DNA from: Tagaea sp.
GTDB lineage: Bacteria; Pseudomonadota; Alphaproteobacteria; CACIAM-22H2
NCBI GenBank assembly: GCA_965279525.1
Contig: CBDIIB010000005.1
Location: 896,001-960,000 of the forward strand
Reading direction: 5' to 3'
Length of the DNA stretch: 64,000 bases
Below, piece after piece: positions 41,749 through 50,531 of the stretch. The notes beneath the pieces were generated by a model. That model was given only the letters and a program-made list of their open reading frames with translations, searched no databases and was not told the origin of the DNA. The position numbers and the translations under genes were made by a program. How positions within the stretch are numbered: the first letter of the stretch is position 1; each line of letters starts with the position of its first letter.

Positions 41749-43938
41749 CTACATGAAACTGTACGGATCGACGTCGATCTGGACGCGGATATCGCTCGGG
41801 ATCCGGGTCTGGGCGAGCCACGAATCGACGATTTCCTGCAGGTTCGCCTCGCGCGACGTTTTCACCAGCAGGCGGCGGCGGTGCCGGCCGCGCAGGATCG
41901 CCATGGGTGCGGGTGCCGGGCCCAGCACGCTGATCCCGGCCCCGCGCGGCGCTGTCTGGCCGAGCCGGCGCGCCAGCCTTTCGACCAGCGCTTCGTCGGG
42001 GCCTGCGACGATCACGGCGGCCAGGCGGCCGAAGGGCGGCCAGCCGTGGCGCTGACGATCGGCGCGTTCGGCCGCCAGGAACTTCGCCCGGTCGCCGCCG
42101 ACCAGCGCCTTCATCACCGAATGCTCGGGCATGTGGGTCTGCAGCAGGACGCGGCCCGGCCGCTCGGCGCGTCCCGCCCGGCCCGAGACCTGGTGCAGGA
42201 GCTGCCACGTGCGCTCGGCCGCGCGCAGGTCGCCGCCCGACAGGCCCAGATCCGCGTCCACGATGCCGACGAGCGTCAGATACGGAAAATGATGGCCCTT
42301 GGCGACGATCTGGGTACCGACCAGGATGTCGATCTCGCGCGCCGCCATCCGGCGAACGAACTCCTCGGCCGCCGCCGGGCCGGTGACGGTGTCGGACGTC
42401 ATCACGTCGATCTTCGCGTCCGGAAACAAGGCGCGCGCTTCTTCGGCCACGCGTTCGACGCCGGGGCCGCACGCGACGAACGAATCCTCGGCCGTGCAGG
42501 ACGGGCACTGGCGCGGCAGCGACGCGTTGTAGCCGCAATGATGGCACTGCAGGCGCCCGTGCAGCCGGTGCTCGACGAGCCACGCCGTGCAGCTCGGACA
42601 TTGCAGCCGGTGCCCGCAGGCCCGGCACAGTGTCAGCGGCGCATAGCCGCGCCGGTTCAAGAACAGCATCGACTGCTCGCCGGCGGCCAGCGCTTCGGTC
42701 AGTGCGGCGCGCAGCGGCAGGCTGATGAAGGACTGGCGCGGTGGCGGATGCTTGCGCAGATCGACTGCCTCGACCTTCGGCAGGCTTGCCCCGCCATGGC
42801 GGGCGGGCAGCTCCACGACCGCATAGCGGCCGCGCTCGACATTCGCGAGCGTTTCCAGCGAGGGCGTGGCCGAGGCCAGCACGATCGGGCAACCTTCGAA
42901 GCGTGCGCGCACCACGCCCATGTCGCGCGCGTGATAGATGGTGCCGTCTTCCTGCTTGAAGGCCTGCTCATGCTCTTCGTCGATGACGACGAGGCCGAGC
43001 TTCGCGAACGGCAGGAACAAGGCCGAGCGTGCGCCGACCACCACGCGCACGTCGCCCGCCGCCACGCCGCGCCACACGCGCGCGCGCTGCGCCGTGCCCA
43101 GCTCCGAGTGCCACTGTGCCGGTTCTGCCCCGAAGCGCGACACGAAACGCGCGAGCCATTGGGCGCTCATCGCGATTTCCGGCAGCAGCACGAGCACCTG
43201 CTTATCCGCCGCAAGGGCCGCCGCGACCGCCTCGAAATAAACCTCGGTCTTGCCGGAGCCGGTCACGCCATCGAGCAGCGTGACCGAGAAACCCTGCCCC
43301 ACCTTGCCCGCCAGCGTGTCGGCCGCTTCGCGTTGGACGGGCGAAAGATCCGCCCGCGGATGACCGGCATCGGGGCCAGGCGGCGAAGGCGCGTCGATCT
43401 CCACGCTTTCGAGCCAACCCTTGTCGACCAGCCCCTTGACCACGCCGGTCGAGACTTCCGCCGCGCGGGCGAGTTCTGCGGCGGGCCGTGCGCCCGAGCG
43501 CGCCTCGCGCAGCACGCGCCGACGTGCAGGCGTCAGCACGCCGGGTTCCTCGAGCTCGGGATCGGGGGCGGCATCGGAAAGGGCGAACGCGACGAGCTTG
43601 CGGGCGGGCACGAGCGCTTCGGGCACGCTCATCGCCATGCGCAGCACGTTGCCAAGCGGTGACAGCGTATAGCTGCTCACCCACGCAAGGAACTTGCGCA
43701 GCGGTTCGGCCATCCTTGGTGCGGGAAGAAGACCCGCAATGTCTTTGAGCTTGGCCGCGTCGAGCGTATCGTCGGGTGGCTCATCCCATACCACGCCGGA
43801 CACGACGCGCCGGCCGAGCGGGACCGTCACGAAGTCGCCGGGCGACACCGTGCGTTCGGGCGGCACCCGGTAATCGTAAGGCCCGAGCGGCAGCGGCAGG
43901 GCCACGCGCACGCGCATGCTGGATCGCGACTCGACCAT
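41749..43938 (-). CDS. priA: Primosomal protein N' (start may be 43917)
   Basis: LLDGVTGSGKTEVY; VIDEEH; SATPSLE; four CxxC pairs; QVSGRAGR; DVDP C-terminus. Confidence 0.97.
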   Translation of the reverse strand: MVESRSSMRVRVALPLPLGPYDYRVPPERTVSPGDFVTVPLGRRVVSGVVWDEPPDDTLDAAKLKDIAGLLPAPRMAEPLRKFLAWVSSYTLSPLGNVLRMAMSVPEALVPARKLVAFALSDAAPDPELEEPGVLTPARRRVLREARSGARPAAELARAAEVSTGVVKGLVDKGWLESVEIDAPSPPGPDAGHPRADLSPVQREAADTLAGKVGQGFSVTLLDGVTGSGKTEVYFEAVAAALAADKQVLVLLPEIAMSAQWLARFVSRFGAEPAQWHSELGTAQRARVWRGVAAGDVRVVVGARSALFLPFAKLGLVVIDEEHEQAFKQEDGTIYHARDMGVVRARFEGCPIVLASATPSLETLANVERGRYAVVELPARHGGASLPKVEAVDLRKHPPPRQSFISLPLRAALTEALAAGEQSMLFLNRRGYAPLTLCRACGHRLQCPSCTAWLVEHRLHGRLQCHHCGYNASLPRQCPSCTAEDSFVACGPGVERVAEEARALFPDAKIDVMTSDTVTGPAAAEEFVRRMAAREIDILVGTQIVAKGHHFPYLTLVGIVDADLGLSGGDLRAAERTWQLLHQVSGRAGRAERPGRVLLQTHMPEHSVMKALVGGDRAKFLAAERADRQRHGWPPFGRLAAVIVAGPDEALVERLARRLGQTAPRGAGISVLGPAPAPMAILRGRHRRRLLVKTSREANLQEIVDSWLAQTRIPSDIRVQIDVDPYSFM

Positions 43939-43984
43939 CGGCTAGACTCTGGCCGTTTCGAGTCGCGAGGGGAATGCGCATTCC

Positions 43985-44641
43985 ATGAAATTCTTCGTCG
44001 ACACTGCCGACACCGCCGAAATCCGCGATCTCGCCGCCACCGGCCTGCTCGACGGCGTGACCACCAATCCGTCGCTGATCGCCAAGTCGGGCAAGAAGTT
44101 CCTCGATGTGGTCGCGGAGATCTGCACGATCGTCGCCGGCCCCGTCAGCGCCGAAGTCACCGCCAACGATTTCGACACGATGCTGAAGGAGGGCAAGAAG
44201 CTCGCCGGCATCGCGAAGAACGTCGCGGTCAAGGTGCCCCTCACGCCCGACGGCCTCAAGACCTGCAAGGTCCTGTCCGACGCCGGCACCATGGTCAACG
44301 TCACGCTGTGCTTCAGCCCGGCCCAGGCGATCCTCGCCGCCAAGGCGGGTGCCACGTTCGTCTCGCCCTTCGTCGGGCGGCTCGACGATGTCGGCACCGA
44401 CGGCATGCAGCTCATCTCCGACATCATGACGATCTACCGCCAGTACCCGACCTTCAAGACCGAGGTGCTGGTCGCCTCGGTGCGCGGGCCCCTGCACATC
44501 GTCGATGCCGCCAAGCTCGGCGCGCATGTGGCGACGGCCCCCGCCAACGTGCTCAAGCAGCTTTTCGCGCATCCGCTGACCGACAAGGGCCTCGCCCAGT
44601 TCAATGCGGACTGGAAGAAGACCGGCCAGTCCGTCCTCTAG
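43985..44641 (+). CDS. fsa: Transaldolase / fructose-6-phosphate aldolase family (FSA/TalC type)
   Basis: MKFFVDTA; GVTTNPSL; VKVPLT; SPFVGRLDD; HPLTDKGL. Confidence 0.92.
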   Translation: MKFFVDTADTAEIRDLAATGLLDGVTTNPSLIAKSGKKFLDVVAEICTIVAGPVSAEVTANDFDTMLKEGKKLAGIAKNVAVKVPLTPDGLKTCKVLSDAGTMVNVTLCFSPAQAILAAKAGATFVSPFVGRLDDVGTDGMQLISDIMTIYRQYPTFKTEVLVASVRGPLHIVDAAKLGAHVATAPANVLKQLFAHPLTDKGLAQFNADWKKTGQSVL

Positions 44642-44671
44642 CTAACGGCAACCAGGGAGAATCCCTCGATC

Positions 44672-45391
44672 ATGGCCGAGTCCGACAGTGCAGCCGCCCT
44701 TGCCGGCATCGCGGCCCCCACGGGTGCCGCGGTCGCCGAGTATCTGCGCCGCCACCCCGACTTCCTGATCGAGCATCCCGACCTGCTGTGGATCCTCACG
44801 CCCCCCGCACAGCGTTCGGACAACGGCGTGGTCGACATGCAGCGCTACATGCTCGAGCGCATGCGCACCGACCTTGCCAAGCTGACGGCGGCACAGGCCG
44901 AACTCATCGCCACGAGCCGCGCCAACCTCGCCACGCAGGGGCGCATCCACGCCGCCGTGCTGTCGGTGCTGACCGCGAAATCCCTGCCCCACTGCATCGA
45001 CACGATCGCGGTCGACCTGCCCATGCATCTTGAAGTGGACGCGATCGGGCTTGGCTTCGAATCGCTCGACCACGTGCCGCCGGGCGAGAACGCGCAGAAC
45101 CTGCGCATCCTGCCGCGCGGCACCGTCGACCGGCTGATGGGCGAGCGGCGCGACATCCTGCTGCTGTCCGACGAGCCGGGCGACAGCTCCATCTATGGCG
45201 GGGCCTCCACGCTCGTGCACAGCCAGGCGCTGCTGCGCCTGCAGCTGAAGCGCGACATGGCGCCGGGCATCCTTGCCTTCGGGGCGCGCGCCACGTCGAA
45301 ATTCCATCCCGGCCAGGGCACCGAGCTGCTCAATTTCCTCGGCCGCACGGTCGAAGCGGCATTGCGCGGATGGCTGGCGCGCGGGAACTGA
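44672..45391 (+). CDS. DUF484 family protein
   Basis: VAEYLRRHPDFL; VVDM; FHPGQGTELLNFL; typical position upstream of xerC. Confidence 0.9.
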   Translation: MAESDSAAALAGIAAPTGAAVAEYLRRHPDFLIEHPDLLWILTPPAQRSDNGVVDMQRYMLERMRTDLAKLTAAQAELIATSRANLATQGRIHAAVLSVLTAKSLPHCIDTIAVDLPMHLEVDAIGLGFESLDHVPPGENAQNLRILPRGTVDRLMGERRDILLLSDEPGDSSIYGGASTLVHSQALLRLQLKRDMAPGILAFGARATSKFHPGQGTELLNFLGRTVEAALRGWLARGN

Positions 45392-46323
45392 GCGTCGGTT
45401 TCGCGGCCGCCGCCGATCTCGTCCCGGCGATCGCCGGCTGGCGCGCACGGCTCGAGGACGAGAAGCGCGCCTCGCGCCACACGCTTTCGAACTACACGCG
45501 CGATCTCGCGGCGTTCCTCGCCTTCCTGCAGGACCATCTGGGTGAACCGCCCACGCTTGCGGCCCTCGCCGGCCTGAAACCCGCCGATTTCCGCGGCTTC
45601 CTCGCGCGTCGCGTGCAGGGCGGCCTCAAGGCCGCGTCGAACGCGCGCGCGCTTTCCACGCTGCGCGGCTTCTTCCGCTATCTCGACCGGGCCGGGCTCG
45701 CGCGAAACGCGCATATCGGCGCCATGCGCGGACCCAAGCTGCCCAAGAGCCTGCCCAAGGCGCTCGACATGGCCGATGCCGCAGCACTGCTCGACATCGA
45801 CGATGCCGACGCCAGCGCGCCGTGGGTCGCGGCGCGCGACCGCGCGGTGCTGGCATTGCTCTACGGGGCGGGCCTGCGCATCGACGAGGCGCTGTCGTTG
45901 CCCCGCGATGCCGCCCCGCTGGGCGAGATGCTGCGCGTGGTCGGCAAGGGCCGCAAGGCACGCGACGTGCCGGTCCTGCCCCAGGTGCGCGACATGATCG
46001 ACGCCTATGTGCGCCTGTGCCCGTTCAAGACCAAGCCCGCCGACCCGCTGTTCGTCGGCGTGCGCGGCAAGCGGCTGAATGCGGGCATCGTGCAGGCGCG
46101 CGTGCGCCAGCTGCGCGTCGAGCTCGGCCTGCCGGATTCGGCCACACCGCATGCACTTCGCCATTCCTTCGCCACGCATCTGCTGGGGGCGGGGGCCGAC
46201 CTGCGCGCGATCCAGGAGCTGCTCGGCCACGCCTCTCTGTCGACCACGCAGCGCTATACGGCGGTCGATGCCGAGCGGCTGATCGACGTCTACGCCGCCG
46301 CCCACCCGCGCGCGCGCGGATGA
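45370..46323 (+). CDS. xerC: Tyrosine recombinase XerC
   Basis: RDRAVLALLYGAGLR; GKGRK; TPHALRHSFATHLL; LGHASLSTTQRYT. Confidence 0.93.
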   Translation: MAGARELSVGFAAAADLVPAIAGWRARLEDEKRASRHTLSNYTRDLAAFLAFLQDHLGEPPTLAALAGLKPADFRGFLARRVQGGLKAASNARALSTLRGFFRYLDRAGLARNAHIGAMRGPKLPKSLPKALDMADAAALLDIDDADASAPWVAARDRAVLALLYGAGLRIDEALSLPRDAAPLGEMLRVVGKGRKARDVPVLPQVRDMIDAYVRLCPFKTKPADPLFVGVRGKRLNAGIVQARVRQLRVELGLPDSATPHALRHSFATHLLGAGADLRAIQELLGHASLSTTQRYTAVDAERLIDVYAAAHPRARG

Positions 46324-46940
46324 ACGAAGGGCGCCGCACCGTCTCGCGAATCCTGCTCGAGCTGCGCGCGCGCGGCGCCGAGCGCGTGCGGCTTGGCGAT
46401 CTGATCGAAGCGCTCGACGACCGCGCCTTCGGGGCGGCGATGCTGCTGTTCGCGTTGCCCAACGCGGTGGGCATCGGCACGATCCCGGGCGTGTCGACGC
46501 TGTTCGGCGTGCCGCAGATCCTGCTCGGAATCCAGATGATCCTTGGCTTCGACCGGCCGAAGCTGCCCGCCTGGCTGCTCGCCCGTTCGCTGGCGCGGCA
46601 GGACTTCGAGACGATGGTAGATCGCGGCGTACCTTATCTGCAGCGCGTCGAACGCGTGCTGAAGCCGCGCCTGCCCGGTCTCGTCGATGGCTGGATCGAG
46701 CGGCTGCTGGGCGTCGTGTTCCTCGTGCTGGCGACGGTCGTGTCGCTGCCGATCCCGTTCGCCAACCAGCCGCCGGCCGTGGCGATGGCGCTGATCGGCG
46801 TGGGCCATGTCGGGCGCGACGGCGCGTTCGTCGTGGCGGGCTGCATCGTCGGCGTCTTCGCGCTTGCCCTCGCGGCAGCCGTCGTCGCCGGCGGGGCCGC
46901 GGTCGTGTGGCTCGCGATCACGCATTTCTTCGGAGGGTGA
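46320..46940 (+). CDS. exoD: ExoD family membrane protein
   Basis: LDDRAFG; LFALPN; LPIPFANQPPA; RDG; ATGA overlap with xerC. Confidence 0.85.
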   Translation: MNEGRRTVSRILLELRARGAERVRLGDLIEALDDRAFGAAMLLFALPNAVGIGTIPGVSTLFGVPQILLGIQMILGFDRPKLPAWLLARSLARQDFETMVDRGVPYLQRVERVLKPRLPGLVDGWIERLLGVVFLVLATVVSLPIPFANQPPAVAMALIGVGHVGRDGAFVVAGCIVGVFALALAAAVVAGGAAVVWLAITHFFGG

Positions 46941-46942
46941 GG

Positions 46943-47584
46943 ATGAAGATCTACGGTGCGCCGGGCACGGCGCTGATGGCGCCGCATGCGGTCCTCGAAG
47001 AGATCGGCGCCTCGTATGAATGGATCCGCGTCGACCTCAAGGGCGGCGAGCACCGGAAGGCGGCGTTCCTCGCCCTCAACCCCAAGGGCCGCGTGCCGGT
47101 GCTGGTCGACGGCGATTTCGCGCTGACGGAATCCGCCGCGATCTGCCTCCATCTCGCCGAGCGCTTCCCGCAGGCAGGCCTGCTGCCGGCACCCGGAACG
47201 CGCGAACGCGCACGGGCCTATGAATGGATGCTGTTCCTGTCGAACACCGTGCATACGGCACTGATGGACTGGTTCCATCCCGACTGGCAGACACGCGACG
47301 CCGACGCGACCGATTCGATCAAGGCCGGGGCGGAGGTGCGGCTGACCGGGCATTTCGCCCATATCGACGCGTATCTCGCGGCACACGGGAAGCCGTATTT
47401 CCTGGGGGCGGCCGTCTCGACCGTCGATTTCTACATGCACATGTTGGCACGCTGGTCGCGCTACCAGACGAAGCCCGCTTACGCCTATCCGGCGATCAAA
47501 CGGCTGACCGATGCGATGAAAGCGCGCCCGTCGGTCGGCCGCATGATGGCCATGCAGGGCATTGCGGAGATCGAAAAAGCCTGA
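46943..47584 (+). CDS. Glutathione S-transferase family protein
   Basis: LEEIG; LNPKGRVPVL; LTESAAI; C-terminal RPSV. Confidence 0.92.
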   Translation: MKIYGAPGTALMAPHAVLEEIGASYEWIRVDLKGGEHRKAAFLALNPKGRVPVLVDGDFALTESAAICLHLAERFPQAGLLPAPGTRERARAYEWMLFLSNTVHTALMDWFHPDWQTRDADATDSIKAGAEVRLTGHFAHIDAYLAAHGKPYFLGAAVSTVDFYMHMLARWSRYQTKPAYAYPAIKRLTDAMKARPSVGRMMAMQGIAEIEKA

Positions 47585-47587
47585 CGG

Positions 47588-47788
47588 TCAGTCCGTCTTG
47601 GCCTTCGTCGTCGCCTTCTTCTCGGCGACGGCCGGCCGGGGCGGCGGCGGCTGCAGCCGGGTCGGTGGCGCCGTCGCGTAGACGGGCGGAACCGGCCCCG
47701 GCATCACGACGGGATCCGGCGTCTGCGCGAACGCCGGGATGGCGGCCGCAGCAAAAGCCAGGACCAGGATGGCTTTGTAGTTGGACAT
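47588..47788 (-). CDS. Small exported proline-rich hypothetical protein
   Basis: GGGGAG SD; signal peptide ending AFA-Q; Pro-rich body with Lys-rich tail. Confidence 0.6.
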   Translation of the reverse strand: MSNYKAILVLAFAAAAIPAFAQTPDPVVMPGPVPPVYATAPPTRLQPPPPRPAVAEKKATTKAKTD

Positions 47789-47877
47789 GGTGCTCTCCCC
47801 GAAACATGCGGATCGCACGTCTAGGGCGAGTATCGCGCCACGATTGGGGCTGGAGTGTGTCCGCTCCAGCGAGGCCG

Positions 47878-49287
47878 TCAGATGTGGATCGGACGTCCGT
47901 CGACAGCCAGGGCCGCCTCGCGGACCGCTTCGGTCAGCGTCGGGTGCGCGTGGCAGGTGCGCGCGATGTCTTCGGACGAAGCGCCGAACTCGATGGCCAG
48001 CGCCATCTCGCCGGTAAGCTCGCCGACCGACGGGCCGATCATGTGCACGCCAAGCACGCGGTCAGTCGCCTTGTCGGCGAGGATCTTGACGAAACCCTCG
48101 GTGTTGTTCTGCGCGCGCGCGCGGCCGTTCGCGGTGAACGGGAACTTGCCGGTGCGGTATTCCACACCCTCGGCCTTCAGCTGTTCCTCGGTCTTGCCCA
48201 CGCTGGCCACTTCCGGCCACGTGTAGACGACCGACGGGATCGCGTCGTAGTTCACGTGCCCGTGCTGGCCGGCGAGGATCTCGGCCACGGCCATGCCCTC
48301 GTCCTCGGCCTTGTGGGCAAGCATCGGCCCGGCGATGCAGTCGCCGATCGCGTAGATGCCGGGAACGTTCGACTGGAAATGCGCGTCGACGGCCACACGG
48401 CCCTTCTCGTCGAGATTGACGCCGGACTCCTTGAGGCCCAGCCCGTCGGTGTACGGACGCCTTCCGATGGCCACCAGCACGATGTCGGTCTCGATCGTCT
48501 CGGCCGCACCGCCGGCGGCCGGCTCGACCGTCAGCGCCACGCCCTTGGGGCCGATCTTGGCGCCGGTCACCTTGGTCGCGAGCTTGAAGCTCATCCCCTG
48601 CTTGGTGAGGATGCGCTGCATCTGCTTGGCCGTGTCGGCGTCCATGCCGGGCATGATGCGGTCGAGGAACTCGACCACCGTGACCTTGGCGCCCAGGCGC
48701 TGCCAGACCGAGCCCATCTCGAGCCCGATCACGCCGCCGCCGACGAGCACCATCGACTTGGGGACTTCCGGAAGTGTCAGGGCACCGGTCGACGAAACGA
48801 TCTTCTTCTCGTCGATCTTGAGACTGGGCAGCGAGACGACATCGGAGCCGGTCGCGATGACGATCGCCTTGGCCGCCAGCGCCTGCGTGCCGCCGGCATT
48901 GAGCGCCACCTCGACCTTGCCGGCACCGGCGATCTTGCCCGTGCCCTTGATCCAGTCGATCTTGTTCTTCTTGAACAGGAACGCGACACCGTCGACGTTC
49001 GACTTAACGGTCTTGTCCTTGTGGGCCATCATGCCCTTGAGGTCGAGTTCGACCTTGCCGACCTTGACGCCGAAGACGCCCAGGCCGTGCGTGGCCTCCT
49101 CGTATTTCTCCGACGCCTGGAGGAGTGCTTTCGACGGGATGCAGCCCACGTTGAGGCAGGTGCCGCCCAAGGTCTCGCGCTTTTCAACGCAGGCCACTTT
49201 CATGCCGAGCTGTGCCGCGCGGATCGCACAGACATAGCCCCCGGGGCCGGAACCGATGACGACGAGATCGTAGGCGGCTTCAGTCAT
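47878..49287 (-). CDS. lpdA: Dihydrolipoyl dehydrogenase (E3)
   Basis: GSGPGGY; GGTCLNVGCIPSK; HAHPTLTE. Confidence 0.98.
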   Translation of the reverse strand: MTEAAYDLVVIGSGPGGYVCAIRAAQLGMKVACVEKRETLGGTCLNVGCIPSKALLQASEKYEEATHGLGVFGVKVGKVELDLKGMMAHKDKTVKSNVDGVAFLFKKNKIDWIKGTGKIAGAGKVEVALNAGGTQALAAKAIVIATGSDVVSLPSLKIDEKKIVSSTGALTLPEVPKSMVLVGGGVIGLEMGSVWQRLGAKVTVVEFLDRIMPGMDADTAKQMQRILTKQGMSFKLATKVTGAKIGPKGVALTVEPAAGGAAETIETDIVLVAIGRRPYTDGLGLKESGVNLDEKGRVAVDAHFQSNVPGIYAIGDCIAGPMLAHKAEDEGMAVAEILAGQHGHVNYDAIPSVVYTWPEVASVGKTEEQLKAEGVEYRTGKFPFTANGRARAQNNTEGFVKILADKATDRVLGVHMIGPSVGELTGEMALAIEFGASSEDIARTCHAHPTLTEAVREAALAVDGRPIHI

Positions 49288-49293
49288 TTTCGT

Positions 49294-50490
49294 TCACATG
49301 TCCAGGATGAGGCGGGCGGGATCTTCCAGGCATTCCTTGACGCGCACGAGGAACGTCACGGCTTCGCGCCCGTCGATGATGCGGTGGTCGTAGCTGAGCG
49401 CGATGTACATCATCGGCCGGATCTCGACCTTGTCGCCCACGGCGATCGGGCGCGGCTGGATCTTGTGCATGCCAAGGATGCCCGACTGCGGCGTGTTCAG
49501 GATCGGCGTGGACATCAGCGAACCGTAGATGCCGCCGTTGGTGATCGTGAAGGTGCCGCCCGACATGTCGTCCATCGTGAGCTTGCCGTCGCGCGCGCGC
49601 CGGCCCAGATCGCCGATGGTCTTCTCGATGTCAGCGAAGGACAGCAGGTCGCAGTCGCGCACGACCGGCACGACGAGGCCCTGCGGCGTGCCCACCGCGA
49701 TGCCGATGTCGTAGTGGTTCTTGTAGATGACGTCGCCGCCGTCGATCTCGGCGTTGACGGCCGGCAGCTCCTTGAGCGCCACGATGCACGCCTTGGCGAA
49801 GATCGACATGAAGCCGAGCTTGACGCCGTGGCGCTTCTCGAACTGCTCGTTGTACTTGGCGCGCAGCGCCATCGCCGCCGTCATGTCGACCTCGTTGAAG
49901 GTCGTCAGCATCGCGGCGGTGTTCTGGGCCTGCTTCAGGCGCTCGGCGATGCGCGTGCGCAGGCGCGTCATCTTCACGCGCTCTTCGCGCGGGCCCGTGG
50001 CGCGCGGTGCGGCCGGGGCTGCGGGCTTTGCGGCGGGGGCGGCCGAAGCAGCGGCGACGTCGGGCTTGGTGATGCGCCCGTCCTTGCCGGTGCCCGCGAC
50101 GCTTGCGGGGTTGAGGCCGGATTCCGACAGCGCCTTGCGCGCGGCAGGGCCAGTCTGTGCGGCCGCAGCGGCGGGCGCCGGAGCGGGCACGGGCGCAGGA
50201 GCGGCCTTGGCGGCGGGTGCGGCGGCGGCAGGAGCCGCGGCCTTGCCGGCTGCACCGGCCTCGATCTCGCCGAGCTTGGCACCGACCGCGACGGTGGTGC
50301 CCGCCTCGGCGATGATCGCCGAAAGCATGCCCGATGCGGGGGCCGGAACCTCGACCGTGACCTTGTCGGTCTCGAGCTCGCACATCGGCTCGTCGGCCTT
50401 CACGGCGTCACCGACCTTCTTGAACCACTTGGCGATGGTCGCCTCGGTGACGGACTCGCCCAGCGTGGGAACCTTGATTTCGACGGCCAT
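49294..50490 (-). CDS. sucB: 2-oxoglutarate dehydrogenase E2 (dihydrolipoyl succinyltransferase)
   Basis: ELETDKV lipoyl site; [10 protein letters not shown]; YDHRIIDG. Confidence 0.98.
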   Translation of the reverse strand: MAVEIKVPTLGESVTEATIAKWFKKVGDAVKADEPMCELETDKVTVEVPAPASGMLSAIIAEAGTTVAVGAKLGEIEAGAAGKAAAPAAAAPAAKAAPAPVPAPAPAAAAAQTGPAARKALSESGLNPASVAGTGKDGRITKPDVAAASAAPAAKPAAPAAPRATGPREERVKMTRLRTRIAERLKQAQNTAAMLTTFNEVDMTAAMALRAKYNEQFEKRHGVKLGFMSIFAKACIVALKELPAVNAEIDGGDVIYKNHYDIGIAVGTPQGLVVPVVRDCDLLSFADIEKTIGDLGRRARDGKLTMDDMSGGTFTITNGGIYGSLMSTPILNTPQSGILGMHKIQPRPIAVGDKVEIRPMMYIALSYDHRIIDGREAVTFLVRVKECLEDPARLILDM

Positions 50491-50531
50491 TCTCGGATTC
50501 CGTTCTTTGTCTTAACTGGATGGGGTCGGTT

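Noticed and set aside
45370-46323. Tyrosine recombinase as a prophage or island integrase
   Set aside because: DUF484-xerC context and sequence indicate housekeeping XerC; no att sites or phage genes nearby.
49990-50270. GCC/GCG-rich repeats in sucB (also sucA ~53130-53220)
   Set aside because: Ordinary Ala/Pro flexible linkers of 2-oxoacid dehydrogenase subunits.
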